From: a virus
Virus record (IMG/VR): IMGVR_UViG_3300009159_000032
Length of the DNA: 64,000 nucleotides
Direction: 5' to 3' (one strand)
The translations under genes and the position numbers were made by a program. The notes under the pieces were generated by a model. The model was given only the letters and a program-made list of their open reading frames with translations. It did not search any database and had not been told where the DNA came from. Below, one piece after another: positions 23,888 through 34,610 of this stretch. Numbering within the stretch: the first letter of the stretch is position 1; every line of letters starts with the position of its first letter.

Positions 23888-26800
23888 TAATATACTCCTA
23901 CTGAAGTGCTGTTAACAATATTTTCTGTTGTTCTAATTTGATTGGCTGTTATAGCATCAATAATTTCGATATCATTAATCGATGCTCCATTAATAAAAAT
24001 TTCATTATTTTGACAAGCAATTTCATACAAACTTCCAAATGGAATATCTGCTTTTGGCACTATAATAAAATTTGTAATGTCTGGTGTTAGTGAATTCATT
24101 ATATAAGTTGATAGTTCGCTGAAATAAAATGTTTGTCCAAATTCCCAATTTTCTAAATTAAAGAAATTCTCAATAGCTAATAAAATTTTTGTTTTCAATT
24201 CGTTGTCTGTTGTTGATCTAGAAGTATTTCTTACAGCCTTAAATGTTGCCTGTAAATTTCTAGTTGCTTTTGTACCAAATAAAACTTTATATTTTACAGG
24301 TTGGTATACTAGTTCATCACTTATTGATTTAATAGTTTCAAGAGATGATGAATAATTTTCTTCTAATGCCGAGCTTGTTGGAGGGAAAGGTTCGTTGCCA
24401 GAAGTTGTTGTTAACCAGTTTCTATATTCAGTATCATAACTCTTTGTTAATATAAAAATATCAATTAAGTTTGTTTTACTTGGATCTAGTCTTCTATCTT
24501 CACCACTGTTATGTCTATATTGGAACGTTAATCCTCTACGACCAGGTTTAGCAAAGTAATCAGATTCTAAGGTAAAAGAGTCTGTTGTGCTTGTTGAATA
24601 ACTTTTAATAACATCTACAGAAGAATCGTAGAAATAAAATAATTGACCGTCACTATATTGAGTTAGCGGTAATGGCACATCGTCTTCTGTAGGATAAGAT
24701 AAAATATTAGTTCCGTCTACAATAGAATATGTTAGGCCGTCAGTAGATTGTTTAAAAAATATAAACTTGTCTTTTTTACCTGTTTGAAAACTAACCGAGT
24801 CAGTGGCAACAATATTGTCAAATGCATCAGGATTTTCAATTTGTCCATCATCATATTCATCTAAGAACGATATTTTAATTTTTTTAGGTTCAACGTAGCC
24901 GTCTGCTTCAATAATATTCCCATCAATTTGCCATCCATAATCAAGACCTAATGGCAAAGTAGAGTACGCGGCATCAGAAACTCCCACTGTTACTGAGCAA
25001 GTTGAACGATAACCGCTTCCAGAATTTACAACTACTATTTCTGAAATACTGCCATTTTTTAGTAGAGGAATGAAATTTCCTCCAGTGCCAGGCAACGATA
25101 TTGTTATGTTAGGAGTTGTAACAAATCCAGAACCCCTGTTCTCTATATTAAAAGATGTAACACTACCTGCACTATTTGTATTAATTGATAATACTGCATT
25201 TCCGTAGTAGCTTGCAGGGGCAGGGTTGGTTGATAATATCTTAATTTGATCTTTAACTACTGTGTTTTTAATGAAGTCAAAGTTCTTTGATGTATTATCA
25301 AAATAAAACGCTGTTTCGTTTTCGCTTTCAAAAATATAATCAGTTACTCTGTATTTTACCTGATACCCAATACCTGTCCATTGAAATGCAAAAAGCCAAC
25401 TGGCATCTCTGTTATTGTTAGTGACGTCTTTCTGATAGACAATAGAAAAATTACCGTTTGAATTTAGATTTGTATCAGTAATAATGTACCACTGCCGAGT
25501 ATCAAGAGCAAAACTTAAACCAAAATTTCTTTTAGATAAACACAAATTAACTATATCAGTTTGCAGTGTATAACTGAATACCGTATCAAAAGAGGGGATA
25601 ATTTCTTTTGCAACAGCACCAGTTGGAACAAATTGTGTTAAAATTATTGGACCAGTACCGTCTGGTAATGTGCCTAAACCGCCATATGATCCGTCACCAA
25701 TTATCAATGCAGTTTTAGTCCATTGGAACTCTCGTGTTGTAGAATCCTGAACCGTGGTTAATGTGCCGTTAGGTAAAAAATATTTTCCTTCAGGGGGAAT
25801 AAATTTAATTAAACTGTTAGGTCTAATATAAGATAAATTATTTGAAGAAAATACACCTGCTTGCAATGGCGTGTTTAAAGAATCTTTAAAATAGCCAGTT
25901 GTTTGATTTGTTGACTTTGTAATCTGTTGCCAGTATACTTTAGGATCCAATAATTGTGGTCTTGCCCAATTATTCAGATAAAAGTTCCTCATGCTTGTTG
26001 ACTCGACAATAGGAATCATTTGATTTATAATTGCAGCATAAATTTCATTTTTATTGGTGTAAGAAAAATCAAAAGTTAACACAGTATTATCTTGATAGAT
26101 AGCACCGTCGCTGCCAAATACATTTGTACTAGAATATTTTCCGCTGACATCACTTAATTCAAAATATTTAGATATGCCACTAGAGATTCTGTTAACGCTC
26201 TTAACTTTAATAATATCTGCACCAGCAGTCAACGGAGCAATATTATAGTCTTCTCCTGTAACCATTCGATTTTGTGTATAATAAGCCTGCGGTGCTTTTA
26301 ATTTAATATTAGTATCAGATTCAGATCCTTCACTGTTAGTCACAGTATACTGAAGACTAAAAGTCATTGTAAGGTTATGTCTTTGACCAGATTTATTATA
26401 GTACGGAACTTGAATTTGTACTCCGTTAATTTGTTCGGGCTTGATAGAATATTTTAACCCGTTACTCTGTCTATAAAAAAATATAAAATTACCTTTGGGT
26501 AAGTTTCCGAAAAGGCCGTCGGCAAAGTTTAAATCAATTTGATCATTTTCTCGTGTAGTGACTGCAAAAATATTTCTTTGATTATTATTAAGACTATTAT
26601 AGATAACATTATTTCCTACAACATTATTAACCTTAGTCCAATTAACTGAATAATTTCCGTTGGCGTCAATCTGCCATAGCCATGTATCTGAATCGTTAAT
26701 ATTGCTGGCATTGATTCCAACAATTTCATTCGGCACAGGAGCATCAATATTAAAACTAGTAAGATTTAGTGTGCCTTGTCTAAAATGTGTAAAGAACCCT

Positions 26801-27552
26801 GTATTAGCACTAGAACTACCTTTTGAATCGTTTCTAAATAAAAGACTGAACTGATCTGCAGGTTTAGGCACAGATTCATAGATATATTCTTTTCCTGTGA
26901 ATTCGCAACTGGTAATTTCAAACGGCATTGAGATTCCGCCAATTGACTTAGAGAATGAAAAAACTGGGACATCGGAATTAGCTGAATTTATTTTATATTG
27001 TTCTGTAGGTATTGAACTGATTAATTTTTTATCGTAAGGTTTGCCAAACGTAGTACTACCTGGCATTGCTGAATTGAGTACGGTAATAAACTGTTGGTAC
27101 CAGTTTAAGTTACTAGAATCATTCCATGCTATAATAGAATTTGCAAGATTGCTACCATTTGCATCAAACACATTATCAGTGGTAGATATTGCTGTTAATT
27201 TCAACAATCCGTTAGCTGGAATATTTCGTGTAGCATTGTAATTGATCAGCTGTGCAAGACGCAGAATACTGTCACGACGCTGTGCAGTTTCTAAGAAATT
27301 TTCGCGGGCATTTAAATCAACACGGAAACTTAAATTCTGTCCAAGATATGCTATTAAGTCAACTAGTGCAATAAACTCGCTTGATTCAATATAATCATTG
27401 AAATCTTCAGGGTATTTTTCACGTAGATATGAAATCATTGTTCTACGTAGAGTTTCAAAATCGTAGCTCTTAAAGTCAGAATTTTTAAAAGATTGGTATA
27501 CCTTTTTCCAATCTTCGGCTACAAGTAATTTAGAATTTGTTGACGGAATCAT
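23887..27552 (-). CDS. gp6: Baseplate wedge subunit gp6-like
   Basis: FKSYDFETLRRTMISYL..FNDYIESSEFIALVDLIAYLGQNLSFRVDLNARENFLETAQRRDSILRLA; IKLKAPQAYYTQNRMVTGEDY; follows gp25. Confidence 0.9.
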   Translation of the reverse strand: MIPSTNSKLLVAEDWKKVYQSFKNSDFKSYDFETLRRTMISYLREKYPEDFNDYIESSEFIALVDLIAYLGQNLSFRVDLNARENFLETAQRRDSILRLAQLINYNATRNIPANGLLKLTAISTTDNVFDANGSNLANSIIAWNDSSNLNWYQQFITVLNSAMPGSTTFGKPYDKKLISSIPTEQYKINSANSDVPVFSFSKSIGGISMPFEITSCEFTGKEYIYESVPKPADQFSLLFRNDSKGSSSANTGFFTHFRQGTLNLTSFNIDAPVPNEIVGINASNINDSDTWLWQIDANGNYSVNWTKVNNVVGNNVIYNSLNNNQRNIFAVTTRENDQIDLNFADGLFGNLPKGNFIFFYRQSNGLKYSIKPEQINGVQIQVPYYNKSGQRHNLTMTFSLQYTVTNSEGSESDTNIKLKAPQAYYTQNRMVTGEDYNIAPLTAGADIIKVKSVNRISSGISKYFELSDVSGKYSSTNVFGSDGAIYQDNTVLTFDFSYTNKNEIYAAIINQMIPIVESTSMRNFYLNNWARPQLLDPKVYWQQITKSTNQTTGYFKDSLNTPLQAGVFSSNNLSYIRPNSLIKFIPPEGKYFLPNGTLTTVQDSTTREFQWTKTALIIGDGSYGGLGTLPDGTGPIILTQFVPTGAVAKEIIPSFDTVFSYTLQTDIVNLCLSKRNFGLSFALDTRQWYIITDTNLNSNGNFSIVYQKDVTNNNRDASWLFAFQWTGIGYQVKYRVTDYIFESENETAFYFDNTSKNFDFIKNTVVKDQIKILSTNPAPASYYGNAVLSINTNSAGSVTSFNIENRGSGFVTTPNITISLPGTGGNFIPLLKNGSISEIVVVNSGSGYRSTCSVTVGVSDAAYSTLPLGLDYGWQIDGNIIEADGYVEPKKIKISFLDEYDDGQIENPDAFDNIVATDSVSFQTGKKDKFIFFKQSTDGLTYSIVDGTNILSYPTEDDVPLPLTQYSDGQLFYFYDSSVDVIKSYSTSTTDSFTLESDYFAKPGRRGLTFQYRHNSGEDRRLDPSKTNLIDIFILTKSYDTEYRNWLTTTSGNEPFPPTSSALEENYSSSLETIKSISDELVYQPVKYKVLFGTKATRNLQATFKAVRNTSRSTTDNELKTKILLAIENFFNLENWEFGQTFYFSELSTYIMNSLTPDITNFIIVPKADIPFGSLYEIACQNNEIFINGASINDIEIIDAITANQIRTTENIVNSTSVGVY

Positions 27553-27571
27553 ATATTATCCAGTTATAGCA

Positions 27572-27579
27572 TATTTATT
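27572..27579 (-). promoter_or_regulatory. T4-type late promoter AATAAATA (gp6)
   Basis: Intergenic, upstream of gp6, downstream of a 9-bp hairpin (27584-27605). Confidence 0.7.
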
Positions 27580-27602
27580 TTAATAATAAACTGCGTAGTT
27601 TA

Positions 27603-28037
27603 TTAGCCGGCCAAGCCAACACGTTTATCAAATGATAATATCATATTATCGCTAACATCTGAGTTTCTATAACTTAAAGTTAACTCAAGAAGAAACCCAT
27701 AATCTTGTTCGACAATATTAATCAGAGTAGGCACTACTCGAGGATCTAAGTTTAATATTCTATCAATATCTGCCGCTATCTGTTGTTTTACTACAGGAGT
27801 TAATGGTTCGTAAATTAAATCCCATATGATAGAACCAAACTCAGGATTCATTACACGCTCGCCTTTACGTGTATTGAACTGATTGAGAATGTCTTGTTTT
27901 ATTAATTCATAGTCGTAGAGCTTGACATTAGTAGTAGTTTCATCAACTGTACTAAATCCTTTATAAAATTGACTGCGTTGTTGAGTTGTTACGTTGTCAG
28001 AATTGGCGGGTGTAATAATAGTATTTTTGTAGGCCAT
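27603..28037 (-). CDS. gp25: Baseplate wedge subunit gp25-like (GPW_gp25 family)
   Basis: LIKQDILNQFNTRKGERVMNPEFGSIIWDLIYEP motif. Start moved to ATG 28037 because the track start 28076 overlaps gp5. Confidence 0.9.
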   Translation of the reverse strand: MAYKNTIITPANSDNVTTQQRSQFYKGFSTVDETTTNVKLYDYELIKQDILNQFNTRKGERVMNPEFGSIIWDLIYEPLTPVVKQQIAADIDRILNLDPRVVPTLINIVEQDYGFLLELTLSYRNSDVSDNMILSFDKRVGLAG

Positions 28038-28042
28038 GATAG

Positions 28043-28050
28043 TATTTATT
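28043..28050 (-). promoter_or_regulatory. T4-type late promoter AATAAATA (gp25)
   Basis: Contains the gp5 stop; 5 nt before ATG 28037. Confidence 0.7.
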
Positions 28051-30304
28051 TGGCTGGATAGGGGCCGGCTCTCCAACTCTCGCCACTGCCAGTTTTGATC
28101 GGATTTCCGTCCCTATCTTTCCATACTTGTGCCTCATCTGGTATTTTTAATACTTGTGTTCTAATATAGCTTACTTGATCTCTAACTTTGGCAGCTGCTT
28201 CAGCTTTGGTTATGTTTCCATCTTTGTTAAGATCGAGTCCTTTATTTTGTTCGTAGGCTTTTGAAGGACTCGAAAATAAAACATAATCATTAGGTTTGCC
28301 CACTGCGGCTGGCCAAAGAATAGCCATATAAAGATCTTCTAAAGTTACACTAGATAATTTTGCAATAGGACCTGCTTTAAAATATTTTAACACATAATCC
28401 ATTTGTTGAACTCGTGTCATAGTTCTCAATTCATCTGTTGTTGTACCAAGACTTACCGCAGTTGGTCTAATAAACTGTATTAATCCAGTAGCGCCAATAC
28501 TATTCTGTATCCCAGGATCCATTGTTCTTCCTGTTTCAAAGGCCATACAACATAGTAAATCAAGGTAAGAACATTTTAATTCTGTTGCAACAACTTTGAC
28601 TTTTTTATAAAACTCAATATCCTTTGTCCAGTCAGTGGGCATATTGGCTCTATTATAATTTGGAGGATTAGGGTCTGCCGATGTGGCCGGTCCTTGATTC
28701 TGATAAGGATTAACTACACTACCAAAATTTGTCGGAGTCGGGTTAACCCCTGCTTCAGCATCTGTTTGCGGGCTTGCAAATTGAGCAGCATTTATACTCT
28801 CATGATGATCCCAAGGCTCGTGTGTAGGAACCCGCTTCATTATAGAAGTTAGGTCTTGATCTTTATAAAACTTGCCGTCGTCCCAGCCAACTTCTTTATT
28901 TCTGTTAGGTAATTTAAATTTAGGTAATGCTGTAGGAATTGCCGCAAAATTAGAAGCTGTAGCCTTAGTTGCACTTACTGGAGTTGGGCCATTCATGTGA
29001 ATTTGACTTGCTTTTTCAATGTATTGCCCTGTAGCTTTTACATTAAAACTTGCACCAGATTGTTGGTACATGTCATAACCTGACTTAATATGCATTTCGT
29101 TAGTGGCAAAATTTAACATACTACTACCTGCATAGTTGTGAAAGTTTTGTGCCGCAGTTTGAAATATACCGGCTGCGGCACCTACATTTAAATTATTACC
29201 AACTGAATAGGTAGCATCAGTGTCTACGTTGTGATCAAGAGAACCAGAATAGGTAATATAACCGTTTTTACTAACCATTAGCGTATGATTGCCTACAACG
29301 TCAGTTTGCATATTCCCGCCAACTGACATGTTTAAATTCCTTCCTGCCTCAATATTAATATCTCTATCTGCACGAAAATTAAAATCTTGCTCTGTATGAA
29401 TACTAACACTGTCAGCAGCATATATGTCTATCTTACCGTTACTAGTTAGTTCAATCCAGGCTGTACCTCCAGCATTAGCAATATAGATTAGATCGTGACT
29501 GTTATGTAATAAAATTTGATGCCCTGTTCGAGTGCGGATTCGCACTAATTCATTCTGCCCGTCTTTATCTCCGTCATCCATTACAAAAGTTGTGCCGCCT
29601 AATCTGCTAGTAGGCGCTGTTGCAACAGTAGAATATCCTACATAACTTTTTTTACTATTAGGATCAATAGGGCCAGGTGTTGATATTCCAAAAACTTTGC
29701 TCGGTATTTCTCTACGGGCACTACTTGATGTTATTCCACGAATAGTGTCTGTTAGCAAACCCTGTGCTAATAATCGATCAGCAAAAGGATGTATTGGTTT
29801 GTTAAAACTATCAGGACGAGGATTTGATAAATCTCTACCCTTCTTTAAAAATTCTGCAACAGGCAAATTTCTTGTTCCGTATTTTCTTTCTTGTTCTGCT
29901 GATATTGCAACATTCTGACTGGCAGCAATTCCGGGAACCATATGATTTTGAAATGTAGCGGGAATACAGCCGAGCCAATAACCGTCATTAGGTTCGCCGT
30001 CAATAAACATACAGATCACAGTTGTTCCAACATCTGGAGGTACAAACCACATGCCGTAACTTTTCTGTACGTCTTCAAAATTTGAAGAATTTGCACCTTC
30101 GTAAGCAACTGAACTGACTCCGTAAAAAGGCGTCATCTGTCTAACTATTACTGTTTCATTCTGAAGTGTAAGTGAACCGCTAACTGATTTAGCCAGTACA
30201 ACTTCTAAACTGCCCATACGAGCAGGATCGAGGTAATTAGTTACTACTCCCAACCAAGGACCGGGATGAGGTAATTTTGATTTTCTTCTTTTAAATTCTG
30301 ACAT
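28046..30304 (-). CDS. gp5: Baseplate hub/central spike gp5-like: OB fold, beta-helix, C-terminal SLT-type muramidase
   Basis: GVVTNYLDPARMGSLEV..YGMWFVPPDVGTTV..GYWLG (OB); GHQILLH..WIELTSNGKIDIYA beta-helix; MAFETGRT..GATGLIQF..QQMDYVLKYF (SLT catalytic Glu and GLxQ motif). Confidence 0.88.
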   Translation of the reverse strand: MSEFKRRKSKLPHPGPWLGVVTNYLDPARMGSLEVVLAKSVSGSLTLQNETVIVRQMTPFYGVSSVAYEGANSSNFEDVQKSYGMWFVPPDVGTTVICMFIDGEPNDGYWLGCIPATFQNHMVPGIAASQNVAISAEQERKYGTRNLPVAEFLKKGRDLSNPRPDSFNKPIHPFADRLLAQGLLTDTIRGITSSSARREIPSKVFGISTPGPIDPNSKKSYVGYSTVATAPTSRLGGTTFVMDDGDKDGQNELVRIRTRTGHQILLHNSHDLIYIANAGGTAWIELTSNGKIDIYAADSVSIHTEQDFNFRADRDINIEAGRNLNMSVGGNMQTDVVGNHTLMVSKNGYITYSGSLDHNVDTDATYSVGNNLNVGAAAGIFQTAAQNFHNYAGSSMLNFATNEMHIKSGYDMYQQSGASFNVKATGQYIEKASQIHMNGPTPVSATKATASNFAAIPTALPKFKLPNRNKEVGWDDGKFYKDQDLTSIMKRVPTHEPWDHHESINAAQFASPQTDAEAGVNPTPTNFGSVVNPYQNQGPATSADPNPPNYNRANMPTDWTKDIEFYKKVKVVATELKCSYLDLLCCMAFETGRTMDPGIQNSIGATGLIQFIRPTAVSLGTTTDELRTMTRVQQMDYVLKYFKAGPIAKLSSVTLEDLYMAILWPAAVGKPNDYVLFSSPSKAYEQNKGLDLNKDGNITKAEAAAKVRDQVSYIRTQVLKIPDEAQVWKDRDGNPIKTGSGESWRAGPYPAK

Positions 30305-30308
30305 TCTG

Positions 30309-33300
30309 TTAAGCCTGTTCTATCGGTGGTAAACCTAATCTTCTTCTTACAATAGGATCAGTGCCTTTATATGGAGGAGCATTAGGATCTCCTAATTTTT
30401 GTAATGATTGATTCATTAATTTATCTAAAGGAGACCCTACTGAGTTAGATAAACTGCCAAACTGAGATGTAACATTTTTTCCTAAATTTTCTATCTGTGT
30501 TAGATTAGATCCAGGGTTACCAAACGCCTGCTGGATACCACTGAACGCACCTTCTACGGATCCTGCTCCTGATAAACTAGCAGCAGATTTATATCCTATA
30601 CCGCCTAACGGATTTTGTAAACCTGCTGCAACATCATTTGCTGAAGCAGATCTCGGAATTAGATTATTCATCTGTTCTTGTAGTGACGAGAATTTTCCAG
30701 ATAACGAGTCAGTAGTGCCAAGGCCTAGAGCAGATAACGATGCTAGATTCCCAGAGCCAGGTAACGGTTTTGCCCCAGGCATTGGTGCTATACCTAGTCT
30801 AGCACGGATATAAGGATCTGTAGGATCTGCTTTGCCAAGAGCTTTAATTTGCTCAGGGGAAAGTCCTGCATAGGGATCGCCGTTTGCTAGTTTTTGTGCT
30901 GAAGCTGAAAGTCCTTGAACATTTATTCCAAATAAACTAGCGTTTCTTAATGCTTGATCAACTGGAATACCTTTTGCTGTAGCATCGGCAATTACGGCAC
31001 TTCGTTGTGCAGGAGTAAGCTCTGACGAAAAACTTCTTGCCGGAGTTGCCGCATAAGGAGCTTTTTGTTTAGGGGGAACTGCTGGTAGATTTTTCAATGT
31101 ATCTACTGCCAAACTACCCATGATAATTCCCTGCTCCTTAATTGCTTTTAGATTAACGTTTTGAGGAACTTCTTCAGCAATTGCTTTCATCTGAGGTGCA
31201 ACTTTGCTGTCAAGTTCGCCTTTAAGTCCAACTAGTTGTTGTGGGTCAATTCCTAATTTTGCGTATATTGCAGCTGGATTTGCTGTATGTCCGGGTAGAT
31301 TAACTCCGAATAAATCAGCGTTCCTCAATGCTTGTTCTGGGGAAATACCTTTTGATTTTGCATCTGCTATAACGGCTTCACGTTGACCTGCTGTTAAATT
31401 TGCGCCGGGTGCTGAAGCTTTTGGTAATCCGTATGAGTTAACATTTCCAATTTTATCTTTTATTTCAGCACCTAATGCGTCAGCAGATGTTTTAAAATCT
31501 AGGGCAGATTGTCGAGGATTATCTAATATTCCAGAGGCTGCTGTTTGTAGGCTTCTCATATTCGGAGACGATTCTAAATTTAAATTTTGAGTAGCGTCCA
31601 TTAATTTCCCTATGCCGCCCCCCATAGATGACCCTACAGATGAATTTAAAATATCGCCAGACGGGCCTGGTAATATTCCGTTGACTGTATCTCCAATTCT
31701 CCCCATAGCTGATGCCGATGCCGGTAATGCAAGTCCTAGACCTGCCAATGCGCCTGCATCTATTGATATTCCTTTGGCCAAAGGATTTATGCCAGAAAGA
31801 CTATCCCCCACAGATAGTCCCAGTTTATCGCCTACTTGATTTAACACTGACATACCTGGGCCAAGTGCTCCGCTAGTTTTTTTCAGTATTCCTGAAAGAT
31901 TTGCACCGTCTCCAGGTAATCCTGAAGTAGGTAGACCTCTTTGAATTAAACTGGTAAGTTGTACATCGTTTGGTTTTATACCAGATCGTGCCACATCTGG
32001 TGGCGCTGTGTCTATAACCTGTTGTTCACCTGGTTTATTTTCTTGTTCAAGTTTCTTAGTAGTTTCTTTCTGATTTGCATTATCAACTATCTGCCCAGGA
32101 TATCTCAATAAGTCGAGTCTTTGTTTAAATGCACCGTCTTTAAATGAGCTACGGCATTTTATTACTTGGTATATTCCGCTAAATGAAACATTAGTTTTAG
32201 AAAATAGTATATCTCCTGTTACTGGATCAATATCAATAGGATTTCTAAAATTAAGTCTGATAATAACTGGACCGTTGTTTATATTTGCTTCTCCTGATAT
32301 TGTGATTGCAGGATCTTTTAAAGAGGGTGTAAAATTTCCCATTCCTCCTGTAGTTAGAAAAAACGGATCTCCTAAAATTTCTAACTCCCCTTTAAGCAAA
32401 TTAACACTTTCTAAAATAGATTTATGAGTATTATATGCTAGTTGATAATAAGGATTTGTCTGTACTACATTTCCTCTACCAGTTATCGAACTAGCCTCGT
32501 CATCACTAAAAGTTTGAGGTCTATCATTAGGATCTTTATTAGCCTCTGCGCCGCCTTCTGGTGCTGCTTTAACTTCTGGATCGTTTGATGCTCCGGCGGC
32601 TTTATCAGTACCGGACTGATCTGTATTTCCCATTTTAGGATTAGCTGCTTGATAAAATAAATTATTAAAATTTAATTTAAATCCTAACACGTCAATGTTA
32701 TTTCCCGTGTATAGATAGTTGTATTCTCTTTTTACATAAGTTTGTAATTTTTTAGCATCAAATGTGCTGTATTGCTGTCCAGGTATTCTTGAAAAATGTA
32801 CTTTATAAGGTACTACCAAATATTGATATTTGAATCTCTGCATATTAAATGTAGTATCCATTTCAGTAGGAACAGAATGAATCATTACTTGAAAATAATC
32901 GATCATTCCATCACCTGCTTTGGCTTTTTCTATATCAACTAAAATATTTTCCCAGTACAAACTATCTCTAATTACTGTTTCAATAATTTCGTGTATATTA
33001 GAACCTTTGGCAAACTGTATTTGCCCCTTATATGGATCATAACGTCTATTAATATCGCCGGCTACCTCTGTTGCAGAAACTCTGCCTCGTGCTTCTCTTA
33101 TCATTTCATTCTGTGCTTCACTATTTGCAGACGACGAAGCTTTTGGTGTCTTAGATCCTAGAGAGGTAGTTCCTGGCGCTTCTTCAATTGGTGGAAATTT
33201 ATACACAACATTTGATCTTAAACTATTGTTTATACGTGCTTTTGCAATGCTGTTTTCAGGAGCATCTTTAGAAATATCTATGCCTTTACCAGCCTGGGGT

Positions 33301-34313
33301 ATGGTGGGAAAGTATATTTCATAGGTATCAACTACTTTAGCAGTTTCTCTTGTTTTTTCTTTTACACTTCTTTCAAGCACACTAAAATTTAACGCATCAA
33401 AAAAACTTTCAAATACTTCTTTTACAGTTTCGCCGTAGAATGAAATATCTGTATAAATTTGTCCGGGATTAGAAAATCCAAATTCGTTATATGGTATAGC
33501 TTTGCAACGGTATCTAGTTCCGTTCTCAGATACATCCATTTCTACACTGGTTATTTTAAGAGGATAATAACGTGTTGCATCAATAATTTCTGCTTCTGCA
33601 ACAGGTTGTTTATTTTTATCAGGGTATCCTAAAAAATCTATTTTTAACAAAAAACAGGCATTTAAATATCCTGTCCACCCTGCTGCTAGAGATGATACGT
33701 GCAGGGCTTCTATAAAACCATTAATGCTCAACGGTTCAAAAATTTCAAAAGAAATTCCAGTTGCTAAGGAAAGTCCTGTTTTTTCGTTTGGTGCTACTAC
33801 TGCATCAATATCAACTCCGTCAATGAACATGTCAAATCGACCAGGGCTTACTTTATTAAATTCTTCTACAACATTTTCATATGTTGTAGACGTTGTACCT
33901 GTTTTAAATGTTTGGGTAGTACTAGTTAATTTTCTTCCTGCTCTTTCATTTACCGTAGTTGTTTCGTAGACGTCAGATATAATACTTTCGACCTTAGTAG
34001 ATATTGCACCGGGCCCTTTGCCTTTTGAAGCTGCAATAACATATTTTAATTTTGAATCTCTATATCGGGCAGGATTTTTTAAATCGTCTGGTGTTAATGC
34101 TGCTAGTGTAAAATTATATGTGTTAGATCTATAACCGTTTAAAATATTAAGATTTTCGCCAGGAATTTTTTTAGGTACAGTAGCTTTATTTTCGTTTAGC
34201 ATTCCTTGCGATTCGTTAGATTGAGGAGTGTCATTCGTAGTAGTTTTTCCGTAAGCGCCTGCAGCCTGCGAAGCATACGGAGATTTAACAACTGCGGTGT
34301 TGGCGTCTTGCAT
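30309..34313 (-). CDS. Baseplate hub/tail protein (gp27-like position) with long low-complexity C-terminal extension
   Basis: Between gp53-like and gp5; NILNGYRSNTYNFTLAAL; LLKGELEILGDPFFL..FSGIYQVIKCRSSFKDGAFKQRLDLLR resembles hub C-terminal motifs. Confidence 0.6.
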   Translation of the reverse strand: MQDANTAVVKSPYASQAAGAYGKTTTNDTPQSNESQGMLNENKATVPKKIPGENLNILNGYRSNTYNFTLAALTPDDLKNPARYRDSKLKYVIAASKGKGPGAISTKVESIISDVYETTTVNERAGRKLTSTTQTFKTGTTSTTYENVVEEFNKVSPGRFDMFIDGVDIDAVVAPNEKTGLSLATGISFEIFEPLSINGFIEALHVSSLAAGWTGYLNACFLLKIDFLGYPDKNKQPVAEAEIIDATRYYPLKITSVEMDVSENGTRYRCKAIPYNEFGFSNPGQIYTDISFYGETVKEVFESFFDALNFSVLERSVKEKTRETAKVVDTYEIYFPTIPQAGKGIDISKDAPENSIAKARINNSLRSNVVYKFPPIEEAPGTTSLGSKTPKASSSANSEAQNEMIREARGRVSATEVAGDINRRYDPYKGQIQFAKGSNIHEIIETVIRDSLYWENILVDIEKAKAGDGMIDYFQVMIHSVPTEMDTTFNMQRFKYQYLVVPYKVHFSRIPGQQYSTFDAKKLQTYVKREYNYLYTGNNIDVLGFKLNFNNLFYQAANPKMGNTDQSGTDKAAGASNDPEVKAAPEGGAEANKDPNDRPQTFSDDEASSITGRGNVVQTNPYYQLAYNTHKSILESVNLLKGELEILGDPFFLTTGGMGNFTPSLKDPAITISGEANINNGPVIIRLNFRNPIDIDPVTGDILFSKTNVSFSGIYQVIKCRSSFKDGAFKQRLDLLRYPGQIVDNANQKETTKKLEQENKPGEQQVIDTAPPDVARSGIKPNDVQLTSLIQRGLPTSGLPGDGANLSGILKKTSGALGPGMSVLNQVGDKLGLSVGDSLSGINPLAKGISIDAGALAGLGLALPASASAMGRIGDTVNGILPGPSGDILNSSVGSSMGGGIGKLMDATQNLNLESSPNMRSLQTAASGILDNPRQSALDFKTSADALGAEIKDKIGNVNSYGLPKASAPGANLTAGQREAVIADAKSKGISPEQALRNADLFGVNLPGHTANPAAIYAKLGIDPQQLVGLKGELDSKVAPQMKAIAEEVPQNVNLKAIKEQGIIMGSLAVDTLKNLPAVPPKQKAPYAATPARSFSSELTPAQRSAVIADATAKGIPVDQALRNASLFGINVQGLSASAQKLANGDPYAGLSPEQIKALGKADPTDPYIRARLGIAPMPGAKPLPGSGNLASLSALGLGTTDSLSGKFSSLQEQMNNLIPRSASANDVAAGLQNPLGGIGYKSAASLSGAGSVEGAFSGIQQAFGNPGSNLTQIENLGKNVTSQFGSLSNSVGSPLDKLMNQSLQKLGDPNAPPYKGTDPIVRRRLGLPPIEQA

Positions 34314-34315
34314 TA

Positions 34316-34609
34316 TTATAATCCTAGAGCAGAAGTTATTGTACTAAGTTTTGGTAAGTATATTTTTTGTCCTGCTACTAAATCGTATACAGGATCTCTA
34401 ATAACATTTTTATTTCTCACAGCAAATACCCACCATAAGTTTACATCATTGTATAAATCATAGGCTAGTAAATCAGGACGATGTGTGTATTGTTGTGTAA
34501 CAGTAAAAAGAATATCGTCTAATTGATTGGGAATATCTCGTAATTTTAAAGTTTCGAGATAAGCACCATTGTTAATAGTGGTGTAATATGGGCTAGTTTT
34601 AGAGTACAT
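34316..34609 (-). CDS. gp53-like/LysM-fold baseplate wedge protein
   Basis: YTHRPDLLAYDLYNDVNLWWVFAVRN..DLVAGQKIYLP signature. Confidence 0.8.
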   Translation of the reverse strand: MYSKTSPYYTTINNGAYLETLKLRDIPNQLDDILFTVTQQYTHRPDLLAYDLYNDVNLWWVFAVRNKNVIRDPVYDLVAGQKIYLPKLSTITSALGL

Positions 34610-34610
34610 T

